In this document: piece by piece, positions 9,657 through 19,339 of the stretch
How the letters are laid out: every line of letters begins with the position of its first letter
Position numbering within the stretch: position 1 is the stretch's first letter
Assembly (NCBI GenBank): GCA_965224465.1
Contig: OZ245049.1
Coordinates: 540,001 to 572,000 of the forward strand
Direction: 5' to 3'
From: Flavobacteriaceae bacterium
GTDB lineage: Bacteria > Bacteroidota > Bacteroidia > Flavobacteriales > Flavobacteriaceae
Length of the DNA stretch: 32,000 nucleotides
Made by a program: the position numbers and the translations under genes
Notes under the pieces: generated by a model
The model's database searches: none
Seen by the model: the letters and a program-made list of their open reading frames with translations, nothing else
What the model was told of the DNA's origin: nothing

Positions 9657-10097
9657 ATGACAATAAGAATTGCAGAGAAAAGAGATTTTGAAACTATTAA
9701 AAAATTAGTTAAAGCACACGCCACATTTGAAAAGGCGAGTGCTTTAAATGATAATAACCTAAACCGATTAAGCAATTATATTTTCAATACTGATGTTGTA
9801 AAATGTTTAGTTGTAGAACTGAATAGTGAAATTGTTGGTTACGCAACCTTTATGAAACAGTTTTCTACTTGGGATGCAAATTATTATATCTACTTAGATT
9901 GTTTGTATCTAAATGAAAAAACTAGAGGAAAAGGTATAGGAACACAAATTATGAATAAAATAAAGACATACGCAAAATCTATAAGCTGTTCTGTAATTCA
10001 GTGGCAAACACCTGACTTTAATAAAAAAGCAATTGATTTTTATAAAAAACTAGGAACCGATTCTAAAACAAAAGAAAGATTCAATTGGAAAATCTAA
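9657..10097 (+). CDS. GNAT family N-acetyltransferase
   Basis: 146 aa. Acetyl-CoA binding motif region (RGKGIGTQIMNKIKTYAK). Confidence 0.8.
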   Translation: MTIRIAEKRDFETIKKLVKAHATFEKASALNDNNLNRLSNYIFNTDVVKCLVVELNSEIVGYATFMKQFSTWDANYYIYLDCLYLNEKTRGKGIGTQIMNKIKTYAKSISCSVIQWQTPDFNKKAIDFYKKLGTDSKTKERFNWKI

Positions 10098-10193
10098 AAA
10101 AAGCCAGTTGCCAATCGAGTAGACGGGTGACAACTGAATAGTTGCCACTGCGCCTCTCACACCACCGTACGTACGGGTCTCGTATACGGCGGT

Positions 10194-11523
10194 TCAAAAA
10201 ATTGAAGTCTGCGTATTATTAATGTAATCTATCAAAGGTTTATACCCTTTTCGTACAAGTCTAGATTTGGTAATGGTAGTCTTTAAAATTGGACTTTGGG
10301 CTACTGCCCATCCTCCCATTCTGGTTCTACTCCAAGCGTATGCTTGTCCATTCTCTATTCCTAATCTGATTAGGTTTTTACGTTTTCGTTCGAGTTTTTT
10401 CCAATCGTGCCAAATACAATATCGCAACCGATTTCTTATCCACTCATCTAGCTTTTTAACTTTTGCATAGATGTTGGTTAAACGGTAATTATTCATCCAG
10501 CCTCGGCAGACTTGATTAAGCCGTTCTAAACGTTCCGACAATGACATTGGTTTGGTTTTCTTGGTAATACTCTTTAGGTTACGCTTAAACTTTGCCCAAC
10601 TTTTCTTTGCTACTACTAGTATATATTGTCCTTTTACTCCCTTTTTGTAGACTGGCACAAAGCCATGTCCTAGTAACTCAAAGTTTACGGGTCTACGAAT
10701 GCCACTTTTGGCTTTATTTATAGGTAGTTTTAATTTGTCTTTTAAGAAGACAAACAACGTATTCCCTATTTGTTTCGCCTCACGTTTGGTCTTTGCGTAA
10801 ATGCTAAAATCATCTGCGTAGCGGACGTACCGTAAACCCATTCTTTTCATTTCTTTATCCAAGACGTCTAACATTATGTTAGATAGTAAGGGACTAATTG
10901 GGCTTCCTTGCGGGATTCCTTTTCTACGCTTTTGAAGTTTCCCATTTATTAAAATAGGAACTCTAAGCCATTTTCGGATTAAACGCATGGTTGTTGGACA
11001 TTTTACCCTGTGGTAAATAAGTTGTAGTAGGATACAATGGTCCACTTCATCAAAGAACCCTTTAAGGTCAATATCTACAATATCTTGGTAACCATTATTG
11101 ATATACTGTTGAGCTTGTAGTACTGCTTTTTGAATGTTCTTTTGTGGTCTAAACCGACCAACGGGAGCTCATGAACTCCCTAAAATAAAAAGCTGTGAAT
11201 AACCCAAAACTAAGTGGCTCAAAATCAAATTCGAACTGAACCATTAATTGTTGGCTTACCGCTTGCTGTAGCCATCTATCTACTACTGTTGGGATTCCTA
11301 AAAGTCTGGTTTTACCCTTGCCTTTTGGAATGCTTACTCCTAAGATTGAGTTTGGAACATAGCTATTCTTACGGATCGTTGTTAGTATGTCTGAACGGTT
11401 TTCAACTATATAAGTTGAAAGTTCCGTTACTTTCATACCATCAACTCCGCTAGCTCCTTTATTTCGCTTCACTTGACGTGCTGCTTTAAAAAGGTTGGTA
11501 GCTTCTAGTACTTTGTCAATCAT
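10194..11523 (-). pseudogene. intron RT/maturase, frameshifted by the 49-nt insertion
   Basis: ORF pieces 10194-11045 and 11149-11523 together match the 426-aa copy D protein. Confidence 0.9.
11156..11204 (-). repeat. 49-nt mini-insertion, identical in sequence and position to the one in copy A
   Basis: gaccaacgggagctcatgaactccctaaaataaaaagctgtgaataacc on the + strand. Its reverse complement belongs to the TTATTCAC...GTTCATGAG family seen at 24831-25286. Confidence 0.85.
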
Positions 11524-12018
11524 AGGTTAAATAATTCGGGTACTCCTGTTGGTTTAAAACTAGGCTAGCTAGGCATCCTAATTGAATTTCAACGTAATTT
11601 AATGTTCTGTCCTTCCCTATTTGTGAGACCATCTGAGGTCTTTCCTCAACTCGTTTCCCATAGGTACTATGACGTCTGCTGACTTCTCCATAGAACCAAC
11701 TCCTGGCTTTGGAGACCTCCCCAGGTAATGACATCTTCTTTCACTCAATCACTGCCGTATCTACATAACTACCCTTTTAGTATTCTTTTGGGCGTTGCAA
11801 TGATGTGTTTACTTACCCAAGTAATTATACCTCTGTATACGGTTTCTGTTCGTCAGTACCGAGCTTTGTAGTCTCGCTTCCTTCAGATAAAACCTCACGG
11901 TTTTCACCCTTGCGACTTACTAATGTTTCAGAACGTTACTCCTGCACATAAGGGACTTGCACCCTCTAGATTAATTAACTACCTTTCCGTAGTTAAAAGA
12001 TGCCCATGCTGGGCACAC

Positions 12019-12206
12019 ACAAGGTGTATAAAACATAGCTTTTAAGTGTTAAACCCAAAGGTTTGCACTTATCTACAAAGTTCCGCCAAATTTTTAATTT
12101 GGCTTTTAAAATGAAAAGATAAAAACAAAATAAAAAATTCGGCTCTGTGTTTAACCGAAAAACAGTACCTTTTTACACGCTACGTTTCATACACAAACCG
12201 TTATGC
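12019..12206 (+). repeat. attC-2, distal part (inverse core at 10107-10113)
   Basis: Same repeat family. Ends in core GTTATGC (12200-12206). Confidence 0.7.
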
Positions 12207-12232
12207 CTTATTAAAAAAACACAAGCTTCATA

Positions 12233-12811
12233 ATGAACGAAAAGAATCTTCTTAGAAATATATTTTCAAGTGCAAACCTTTCAATTAAAGAAAATGAAAG
12301 CGTATTAAAATCATTTACACAAGTAATTTTCAAAAAGAATGAATTTCTGTTTAAGGAAGGTCAAACACTCAATCATTATTACTTTTTAGAAAAAGGTTTT
12401 GTACGATCTTTTATTTATGATTATGATGGAAATGAAATAACTACAAGATTTTACTCTGAACCTGAAATTGTATTAGATTGGACTTCTTTTATGCTACGAA
12501 CTCCGACTCAGGAAAACTTCCAAGCAAACACGGACTGTATATGCTGGCGTTTGAAATTTAATGATTTCCAAGAACTTTTTAATTCAATAAAAGGTTTTAG
12601 AGAATCAGGAAGAAGTCGATTTGCAAATAGTTATTTAGAATTAAAAAATAGTCACCTCTCAATAATTTCAACTACTGCAAAAGAAAGATACTTGAAACTT
12701 ATAAAAGAACATCCTGAAATAATAAATAATGCTTCTTTAAAACATATTGCTACTTATCTTGGCATTACCGACACCTCATTAAGCAGAATTAGAAAAGAAA
12801 TTGTATCCTGA
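12233..12811 (+). CDS. Crp/Fnr family transcriptional regulator
   Basis: 192 aa. cNMP-binding-like N-terminal domain (FKKNEFLFKEGQTLNHYYFLEKGFVR) and C-terminal HTH (LKHIATYLGITDTSLSRIRK). Confidence 0.8.
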   Translation: MNEKNLLRNIFSSANLSIKENESVLKSFTQVIFKKNEFLFKEGQTLNHYYFLEKGFVRSFIYDYDGNEITTRFYSEPEIVLDWTSFMLRTPTQENFQANTDCICWRLKFNDFQELFNSIKGFRESGRSRFANSYLELKNSHLSIISTTAKERYLKLIKEHPEIINNASLKHIATYLGITDTSLSRIRKEIVS

Positions 12812-12888
12812 TATTTCTTTCTTGCCAAATGCTAAGTCTTTTAAATTTAATAGCATATACCTTTGTTTAAAACAAAAAACAATAATTT

Positions 12889-13629
12889 ATGTACATTTCA
12901 ACCATTTCAACAGCAATAATCGTATTATTCATTGTTTCATTGGCATTTCCTCTTTTTATGTACGCTTTTGCTATAAAATCAGCAGGAAAATCAGCAGGAA
13001 TAATCTCGTCAAAAATTCGTAATATTCAATTTGGTGTTTTTGGGTTTTTCATATTATGGTGGGTGTTTACTTCGTTTTTATCTATTAATGGATTTCTTTA
13101 TGGAAATGTTCTACCTCCAAAACCTGTTCTCTTTTTAGTACTCCCACTTATACTTTTTTTATTCTTTGTTATAAAAAGGAGTTCTACATTTAAAAAGTTA
13201 TTTGAATCTATAAAAATTGAAACGCTAATCAATATTCATATTTACAGGTTAATTGGTGGCTGGTTTTTAATAATGGCATATTACGAACTTTTACCCTTCG
13301 GGTTTGCCACAAGAGCTGGATGGGGAGATATTCTCTCAGGGATATTTGCTTTATTGATAACTTATTTGGTTTTCAAGAAAAAAATATTAGGTATTAAATG
13401 GGCATACGTTTGGAATATTTTTGGGTTAATTGATATTCTTGCTGTTGTAATATCAGCAACAATATTAACCTCGAGTGCTCATTCTAACCCAACAAACGCA
13501 AATGATATTATGGAATTAACTAGGTTTCCTTTTGCTTTAATACCAGCTTTTGCCCCAGCTTCTTTAATCTTTTTGCACATCATAACGTTTCAAAAATTGA
13601 ATCTAATAAGAAAAGAAAACAAGGCATAA
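12889..13629 (+). CDS. integral membrane protein, function unknown
   Basis: 246 aa with several long hydrophobic segments. The stop TAA overlaps inverse core AAGGCATA and the first intron base. Confidence 0.6.
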   Translation: MYISTISTAIIVLFIVSLAFPLFMYAFAIKSAGKSAGIISSKIRNIQFGVFGFFILWWVFTSFLSINGFLYGNVLPPKPVLFLVLPLILFLFFVIKRSSTFKKLFESIKIETLINIHIYRLIGGWFLIMAYYELLPFGFATRAGWGDILSGIFALLITYLVFKKKILGIKWAYVWNIFGLIDILAVVISATILTSSAHSNPTNANDIMELTRFPFALIPAFAPASLIFLHIITFQKLNLIRKENKA

Positions 13630-15485
13630 TCGAGTAGACGGGTGACAACTGAATAGTTGCCACTGCGCCTCTCACACCACCGTACGTACGGGTCTCGTAT
13701 ACGGCGGTTCAAAAAATTGAAGTCTGCGTATTATTAATGTAATCTATCAAAGGTTTATACCCTTTTCGTACAAGTCTAGATTTGGTAATGGTAGTCTTTA
13801 AAATTGGACTTTGGGCTACTGCCCATCCTCCCATTCTGGTTCTACTCCAAGCGTATGCTTGTCCATTCTCTATTCCTAATCTGATTAGGTTTTTACGTTT
13901 TCGTTCGAGTTTTTTTCCAATCGTGCCAAATACAATATCGCAACCGATTTCTTATCCACTCATCTAGCTTTTTAACTTTTGCATAGATGTTGGTTAAACG
14001 GTAATTATTCATCCAGCCTCGGCAGACTTGATTAAGCCGTTCTAAACGTTCCGACAATGACATTGGTTTGGTTTTCTTGGTAATACTCTTTAGGTTACGC
14101 TTAAACTTTGCCCAACTTTTCTTTGCTACTACTAGTATATATTGTCCTTTTACTCCCTTTTTGTAGACTGGCACAAAGCCATGTCCTAGTAACTCAAAGT
14201 TTACGGGTCTACGAATGCCACTTTTGGCTTTATTTATAGGTAGTTTTAATTTGTCTTTTAAGAAGACAAACAACGTATTCCCTATTTGTTTCGCCTCACG
14301 TTTGGTCTTTGCGTAAATGCTAAAATCATCTGCGTAGCGGACGTACCGTAAACCCATTCTTTTCATTTCTTTATCCAAGACGTCTAACATTATGTTAGAT
14401 AGTAAGGGACTAATTGGGCTTCCTTGCGGGATTCCTTTTCTACGCTTTTGAAGTTTCCCATTTATTAAAATAGGAACTCTAAGCCATTTTCGGATTAAAC
14501 GCATGGTTGTTGGACATTTTACCCTGTGGTAAATAAGTTGTAGTAGGATACAATGGTCCACTTCATCAAAGAACCCTTTAAGGTCAATATCTACAATATC
14601 TTGGTAACCATTATTGATATACTGTTGAGCTTGTAGTACTGCTTTTTGAATGTTCTTTTGTGGTCTAAACCCAAAACTAAGTGGCTCAAAATCAAATTCG
14701 AACTGAACCATTAATTGTTGGCTTACCGCTTGCTGTAGCCATCTATCTACTACTGTTGGGATTCCTAAAAGTCTGGTTTTACCCTTGCCTTTTGGAATGC
14801 TTACTCCTAAGATTGAGTTTGGAACATAGCTATTCTTACGGATCGTTGTTAGTATGTCTGAACGGTTTTCAACTATATAAGTTGAAAGTTCCGTTACTTT
14901 CATACCATCAACTCCGCTAGCTCCTTTATTTCGCTTCACTTGACGTGCTGCTTTAAAAAGGTTGGTAGCTTCTAGTACTTTGTCAATCATAGGTTAAATA
15001 ATTCGGGTACTCCTGTTGGTTTAAAACTAGGCTAGCTAGGCATCCTAATTGAATTTCAACGTAATTTAATGTTCTGTCCTTCCCTATTTGTGAGACCATC
15101 TGAGGTCTTTCCTCAACTCGTTTCCCATAGGTACTATGACGTCTGCTGACTTCTCCATAAAACCAACTCCTGGCTTTGGAGACCTCCCCAGGTAATGACA
15201 TCTTCTTTCACTCAATCACTGCCGTATCTACATAACTACCCTTTTAGTATTCTTTTGGGCGTTGCAATGATGTGTTTACTTACCCAAGTAATTATACCTC
15301 TGTATACGGTTTCTGTTCGTCAGTACCGAGCTTTGTAGTCTCGCTTCCTTCAGATAAAACCTCACGGTTTTCACCCTTGCGACTTACTAATGTTTCAGAA
15401 CGTTACTCCTGCACATAAGGGACTTGCACCCTCTAGATTAATTAACTACCTTTCCGTAGTTAAAAGATGCCCATGCTGGGCACAC
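13629..15485 (-). mobile_element. group II intron copy C (class C-like, in attC), RT frameshifted
   Basis: 1857 nt versus 1856 nt in copy D. The extra T lies in the T-run at 13911-13917. One substitution near 15160. Confidence 0.9.
13709..14990 (-). pseudogene. intron RT/maturase with a +1 frameshift near the 3' end (or a sequencing error)
   Basis: The 365-aa ORF (13893-14990) is identical to copy D until the homopolymer, then diverges (..WKKTRTKT). The natural stop would be at 13709. Confidence 0.8.
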
Positions 15486-15676
15486 ACAATGTATAAAAAA
15501 CATAGGGATTTTGGTGCTAAACCAAAGTTCTGTGAATATTTACAAAGTCCGCTAAATATAAAATTTAGCGTTTATATAAGAAAAAATAAAAGCAAAATAT
15601 TTATACTTAGCTAAGTAATAAACCGATTCGAAAGTGCTTTTTAACTGCCCTACGTTTCTTATACTAGACGTTAGCC
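15486..15676 (+). repeat. attC-3, distal part (inverse core at 13621-13628)
   Basis: More diverged member of the family. Its internal hairpin keeps pairing through compensatory changes (CGCTAAAT...ATTTAGCG). Ends in core GTTAGCC (15670-15676). Confidence 0.7.
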
Positions 15677-15711
15677 ATAATTATAAACAAACTTTCAGAA
15701 TTCAAAAATGA

Positions 15712-16539
15712 ATGCAGATTGAAACGTTCAAACCACAAAACAAAGAACTTAAGAAATATATTGAAAGTTTTTACATTTTGGAACATTCCCGAAAGGATGA
15801 TAAAATAAGTTATTTAACCTTTCCTTCTATTTTCTCAATTGTAGCGGTAGTTAATAACGCAAAAAATATTATAACGGCTGATAATATCACAACAAAATTT
15901 TCTAAATCAGAATCATTAGAAACAAGTTTAGTCTGTAAATTCAACACACCTATTTGTTTTCAATATCAAGGCAACATTAAGGAAATTTGTATTTATTTTA
16001 AACCTTTAGGGCTAAATGCTTTTATAAAAAATAATTTAGCAAGTTTTAGTCATAGTTACTTTGACCCGTTTATACCATTTTCTGATTACGAGAATGAAAT
16101 GAAAAAAATTTTAGACACTGAAAATAAAACTCGGTTAGTAGAAAGTTTGGAAAAATATTGGTTGAGTAAAATTATTGGGTTTCACCATCCTTTTTTAAGT
16201 AATGCTATTTCTAAAATAGAAGAGAATCCGAAAATAACGACTCTGGAATTAGCAAATGAATTTAATGTCAGCCAAAAGACATTAATTTCGCATTTTAAAA
16301 AACACTTATGCAAAACACCTTCTGAATACAAAAAAATACTACGATTCAGAAAAGCTTTATCCGAAATGCAAAATTCAAACAAAGAAACTAAATTAACTGA
16401 ATTGACTTATATTATTGATTTCTTTGACCAATCACATATGGTTGCCAACTTTAAATCATTAACTGGACTCTCACCAAAAACATTTTTTAAAAACTTGACA
16501 ACTATAAAAAATAGTAGTATTCATTGGATATTTGGATAG
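15712..16539 (+). CDS. AraC family transcriptional regulator
   Basis: 275 aa. C-terminal double HTH (LELANEFNVSQKTLISHFKKHLCKTPSEYKKILRF...FFDQSHMVANFKSLTGLSPKTFF). Confidence 0.85.
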   Translation: MQIETFKPQNKELKKYIESFYILEHSRKDDKISYLTFPSIFSIVAVVNNAKNIITADNITTKFSKSESLETSLVCKFNTPICFQYQGNIKEICIYFKPLGLNAFIKNNLASFSHSYFDPFIPFSDYENEMKKILDTENKTRLVESLEKYWLSKIIGFHHPFLSNAISKIEENPKITTLELANEFNVSQKTLISHFKKHLCKTPSEYKKILRFRKALSEMQNSNKETKLTELTYIIDFFDQSHMVANFKSLTGLSPKTFFKNLTTIKNSSIHWIFG

Positions 16540-16607
16540 GGTAAATCTTTTACAATTTAATTGGTATTTCAACAACTAAATTTGCAGTTCATCAAAATCA
16601 ATTTACT

Positions 16608-17474
16608 ATGAAAAACATCATTTTTGTATTCTTACTTGTCTTTGTGCTTTTAGGTTGTAAAAAAGAGCAAGACAAAGTCCAAACAAAATCTATTGAAAAT
16701 TTAAGCAGTAAAGAAGCATTACTTGTTGGAACATTTCATTATAATAATCCAGGTGCTGATGTCGCCAAATTCAAATCATTTAATATTCTTAACGAAGATT
16801 CTCAACTTGAATTGGATAAAATAAGTGCAAAAATCAAGAATTATAATCCAACTAAAATATTTGTAGAATGGCCATATAACGAACAAAAAGAATTAGATTC
16901 TTTGTATCAGTTATATAATCAAGGTAAGTATTTCCAAAACGATAGTCTTTCTGACTTTTATTTGAAAAATGAAATATTTCAATTAGCATTTAGAGTAGCG
17001 AAAGAAATTAAGCTAAAAACCATCTATGCCATTGACTACAATGAAACAAAATTTCCATTTAATGACGTTATGAATGATATTGAAAAAAGGAATCAGTCTG
17101 AACTTAAAAAAAACATAGAAAACGACATATCTAAACTTACAACAGAATTTGATAATAAAATTGAATCAGAAACTTCACTTATAGAATTAACATACTATAT
17201 GAATACTTCTGAATTCCGAGACTTTCATAATAACCTTCATAATAACTTAATGCTATTAGCAGGCGAACCAGATGATTTTTCTGGACCATTTTTGACATCT
17301 GAATGGTTTAAGAGAAATCTATATATGTGGTCATTCGTTCAAAAAAACACGAAAAAGTCTGATGAAAGAATTATGGTTTTGGCTGGAGCAGGTCACATAG
17401 CTATGTTTGAGAAATTTATTAACCAGAATAGTGAATGGAAAGTTAAAGAACTAAAAGAAGTTATGGAAAAGTAA
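16608..17474 (+). CDS. lipoprotein, function unknown (possibly TraB/GumN/Tiki-like superfamily)
   Basis: 288 aa. Signal peptide with lipobox (VLLGC). LVGTFHYNNPG and GAGH motifs recall DUF5694/TraB-GumN type proteins. This is recollection only. Confidence 0.55.
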   Translation: MKNIIFVFLLVFVLLGCKKEQDKVQTKSIENLSSKEALLVGTFHYNNPGADVAKFKSFNILNEDSQLELDKISAKIKNYNPTKIFVEWPYNEQKELDSLYQLYNQGKYFQNDSLSDFYLKNEIFQLAFRVAKEIKLKTIYAIDYNETKFPFNDVMNDIEKRNQSELKKNIENDISKLTTEFDNKIESETSLIELTYYMNTSEFRDFHNNLHNNLMLLAGEPDDFSGPFLTSEWFKRNLYMWSFVQKNTKKSDERIMVLAGAGHIAMFEKFINQNSEWKVKELKEVMEK

Positions 17475-17483
17475 CTATGGCTA

Positions 17484-19339
17484 ATCGAGTAGACGGGTGA
17501 CAACTGAATAGTTGCCACTGCGCCTCTCACACCACCGTACGTACGGGTCTCGTATACGGCGGTTCAAAAAATTGAAGTCTGCGTATTATTAATGTAATCT
17601 ATCAAAGGTTTATACCCTTTTCGTACAAGTCTAGATTTGGTAATGGTAGTCTTTAAAATTGGACTTTGGGCTACTGCCCATCCTCCCATTCTGGTTCTAC
17701 TCCAAGCGTATGCTTGTCCATTCTCTATTCCTAATCTGATTAGGTTTTTACGTTTTCGTTCGAGTTTTTTCCAATCGTGCCAAATACAATATCGCAACCG
17801 ATTTCTTATCCACTCATCTAGCTTTTTAACTTTTGCATAGATGTTGGTTAAACGGTAATTATTCATCCAGCCTCGGCAGACTTGATTAAGCCGTTCTAAA
17901 CGTTCCGACAATGACATTGGTTTGGTTTTCTTGGTAATACTCTTTAGGTTACGCTTAAACTTTGCCCAACTTTTCTTTGCTACTACTAGTATATATTGTC
18001 CTTTTACTCCCTTTTTGTAGACTGGCACAAAGCCATGTCCTAGTAACTCAAAGTTTACGGGTCTACGAATGCCACTTTTGGCTTTATTTATAGGTAGTTT
18101 TAATTTGTCTTTTAAGAAGACAAACAACGTATTCCCTATTTGTTTCGCCTCACGTTTGGTCTTTGCGTAAATGCTAAAATCATCTGCGTAGCGGACGTAC
18201 CGTAAACCCATTCTTTTCATTTCTTTATCCAAGACGTCTAACATTATGTTAGATAGTAAGGGACTAATTGGGCTTCCTTGCGGGATTCCTTTTCTACGCT
18301 TTTGAAGTTTCCCATTTATTAAAATAGGAACTCTAAGCCATTTTCGGATTAAACGCATGGTTGTTGGACATTTTACCCTGTGGTAAATAAGTTGTAGTAG
18401 GATACAATGGTCCACTTCATCAAAGAACCCTTTAAGGTCAATATCTACAATATCTTGGTAACCATTATTGATATACTGTTGAGCTTGTAGTACTGCTTTT
18501 TGAATGTTCTTTTGTGGTCTAAACCCAAAACTAAGTGGCTCAAAATCAAATTCGAACTGAACCATTAATTGTTGGCTTACCGCTTGCTGTAGCCATCTAT
18601 CTACTACTGTTGGGATTCCTAAAAGTCTGGTTTTACCCTTGCCTTTTGGAATGCTTACTCCTAAGATTGAGTTTGGAACATAGCTATTCTTACGGATCGT
18701 TGTTAGTATGTCTGAACGGTTTTCAACTATATAAGTTGAAAGTTCCGTTACTTTCATACCATCAACTCCGCTAGCTCCTTTATTTCGCTTCACTTGACGT
18801 GCTGCTTTAAAAAGGTTGGTAGCTTCTAGTACTTTGTCAATCATAGGTTAAATAATTCGGGTACTCCTGTTGGTTTAAAACTAGGCTAGCTAGGCATCCT
18901 AATTGAATTTCAACGTAATTTAATGTTCTGTCCTTCCCTATTTGTGAGACCATCTGAGGTCTTTCCTCAACTCGTTTCCCATAGGTACTATGACGTCTGC
19001 TGACTTCTCCATAGAACCAACTCCTGGCTTTGGAGACCTCCCCAGGTAATGACATCTTCTTTCACTCAATCACTGCCGTATCTACATAACTACCCTTTTA
19101 GTATTCTTTTGGGCGTTGCAATGATGTGTTTACTTACCCAAGTAATTATACCTCTGTATACGGTTTCTGTTCGTCAGTACCGAGCTTTGTAGTCTCGCTT
19201 CCTTCAGATAAAACCTCACGGTTTTCACCCTTGCGACTTACTAATGTTTCAGAACGTTACTCCTGCACATAAGGGACTTGCACCCTCTAGATTAATTAAC
19301 TACCTTTCCGTAGTTAAAAGATGCCCATGCTGGGCACAC
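17484..19339 (-). mobile_element. group II intron copy D, apparently intact (class C-like, attC-targeting)
   Basis: 1856 nt. 5' GUGUGCCCAGC, 3' ...CUACUCGAU. Domain V at 17531-17565 (rc GAACCGCCGUAUACGAGACCCGUACGUACGGUGGU), then a DVI hairpin with a bulged A 7 nt from the end. Full-length RT ORF in domain IV. Confidence 0.92.
17564..18844 (-). CDS. group II intron reverse transcriptase/maturase (no endonuclease domain)
   Basis: 426 aa. RT motifs (GIPQGSPISPLLSNI, YVRYADDFSIY with YADD). Maturase X-domain (CRGWMNNYR). The protein ends without an HNH/En extension. Confidence 0.92.
   Translation of the reverse strand: MIDKVLEATNLFKAARQVKRNKGASGVDGMKVTELSTYIVENRSDILTTIRKNSYVPNSILGVSIPKGKGKTRLLGIPTVVDRWLQQAVSQQLMVQFEFDFEPLSFGFRPQKNIQKAVLQAQQYINNGYQDIVDIDLKGFFDEVDHCILLQLIYHRVKCPTTMRLIRKWLRVPILINGKLQKRRKGIPQGSPISPLLSNIMLDVLDKEMKRMGLRYVRYADDFSIYAKTKREAKQIGNTLFVFLKDKLKLPINKAKSGIRRPVNFELLGHGFVPVYKKGVKGQYILVVAKKSWAKFKRNLKSITKKTKPMSLSERLERLNQVCRGWMNNYRLTNIYAKVKKLDEWIRNRLRYCIWHDWKKLERKRKNLIRLGIENGQAYAWSRTRMGGWAVAQSPILKTTITKSRLVRKGYKPLIDYINNTQTSIF

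Larger units (their letters stand above)
10114..12018 (-). mobile_element. group II intron copy B (class C-like, in attC), inactivated by the 49-nt insertion
   Basis: Same as copy D except for the insertion at 11156-11204. Inverse core GTTGCCA at 10107-10113 lies immediately upstream on the + strand. Confidence 0.9.

Noticed and set aside
12801-13022. 73-aa ORF overlapping the start of the membrane-protein gene
   Set aside because: It is out of frame with, and largely contained in, the better-supported 246-aa hydrophobic ORF 12889-13629.
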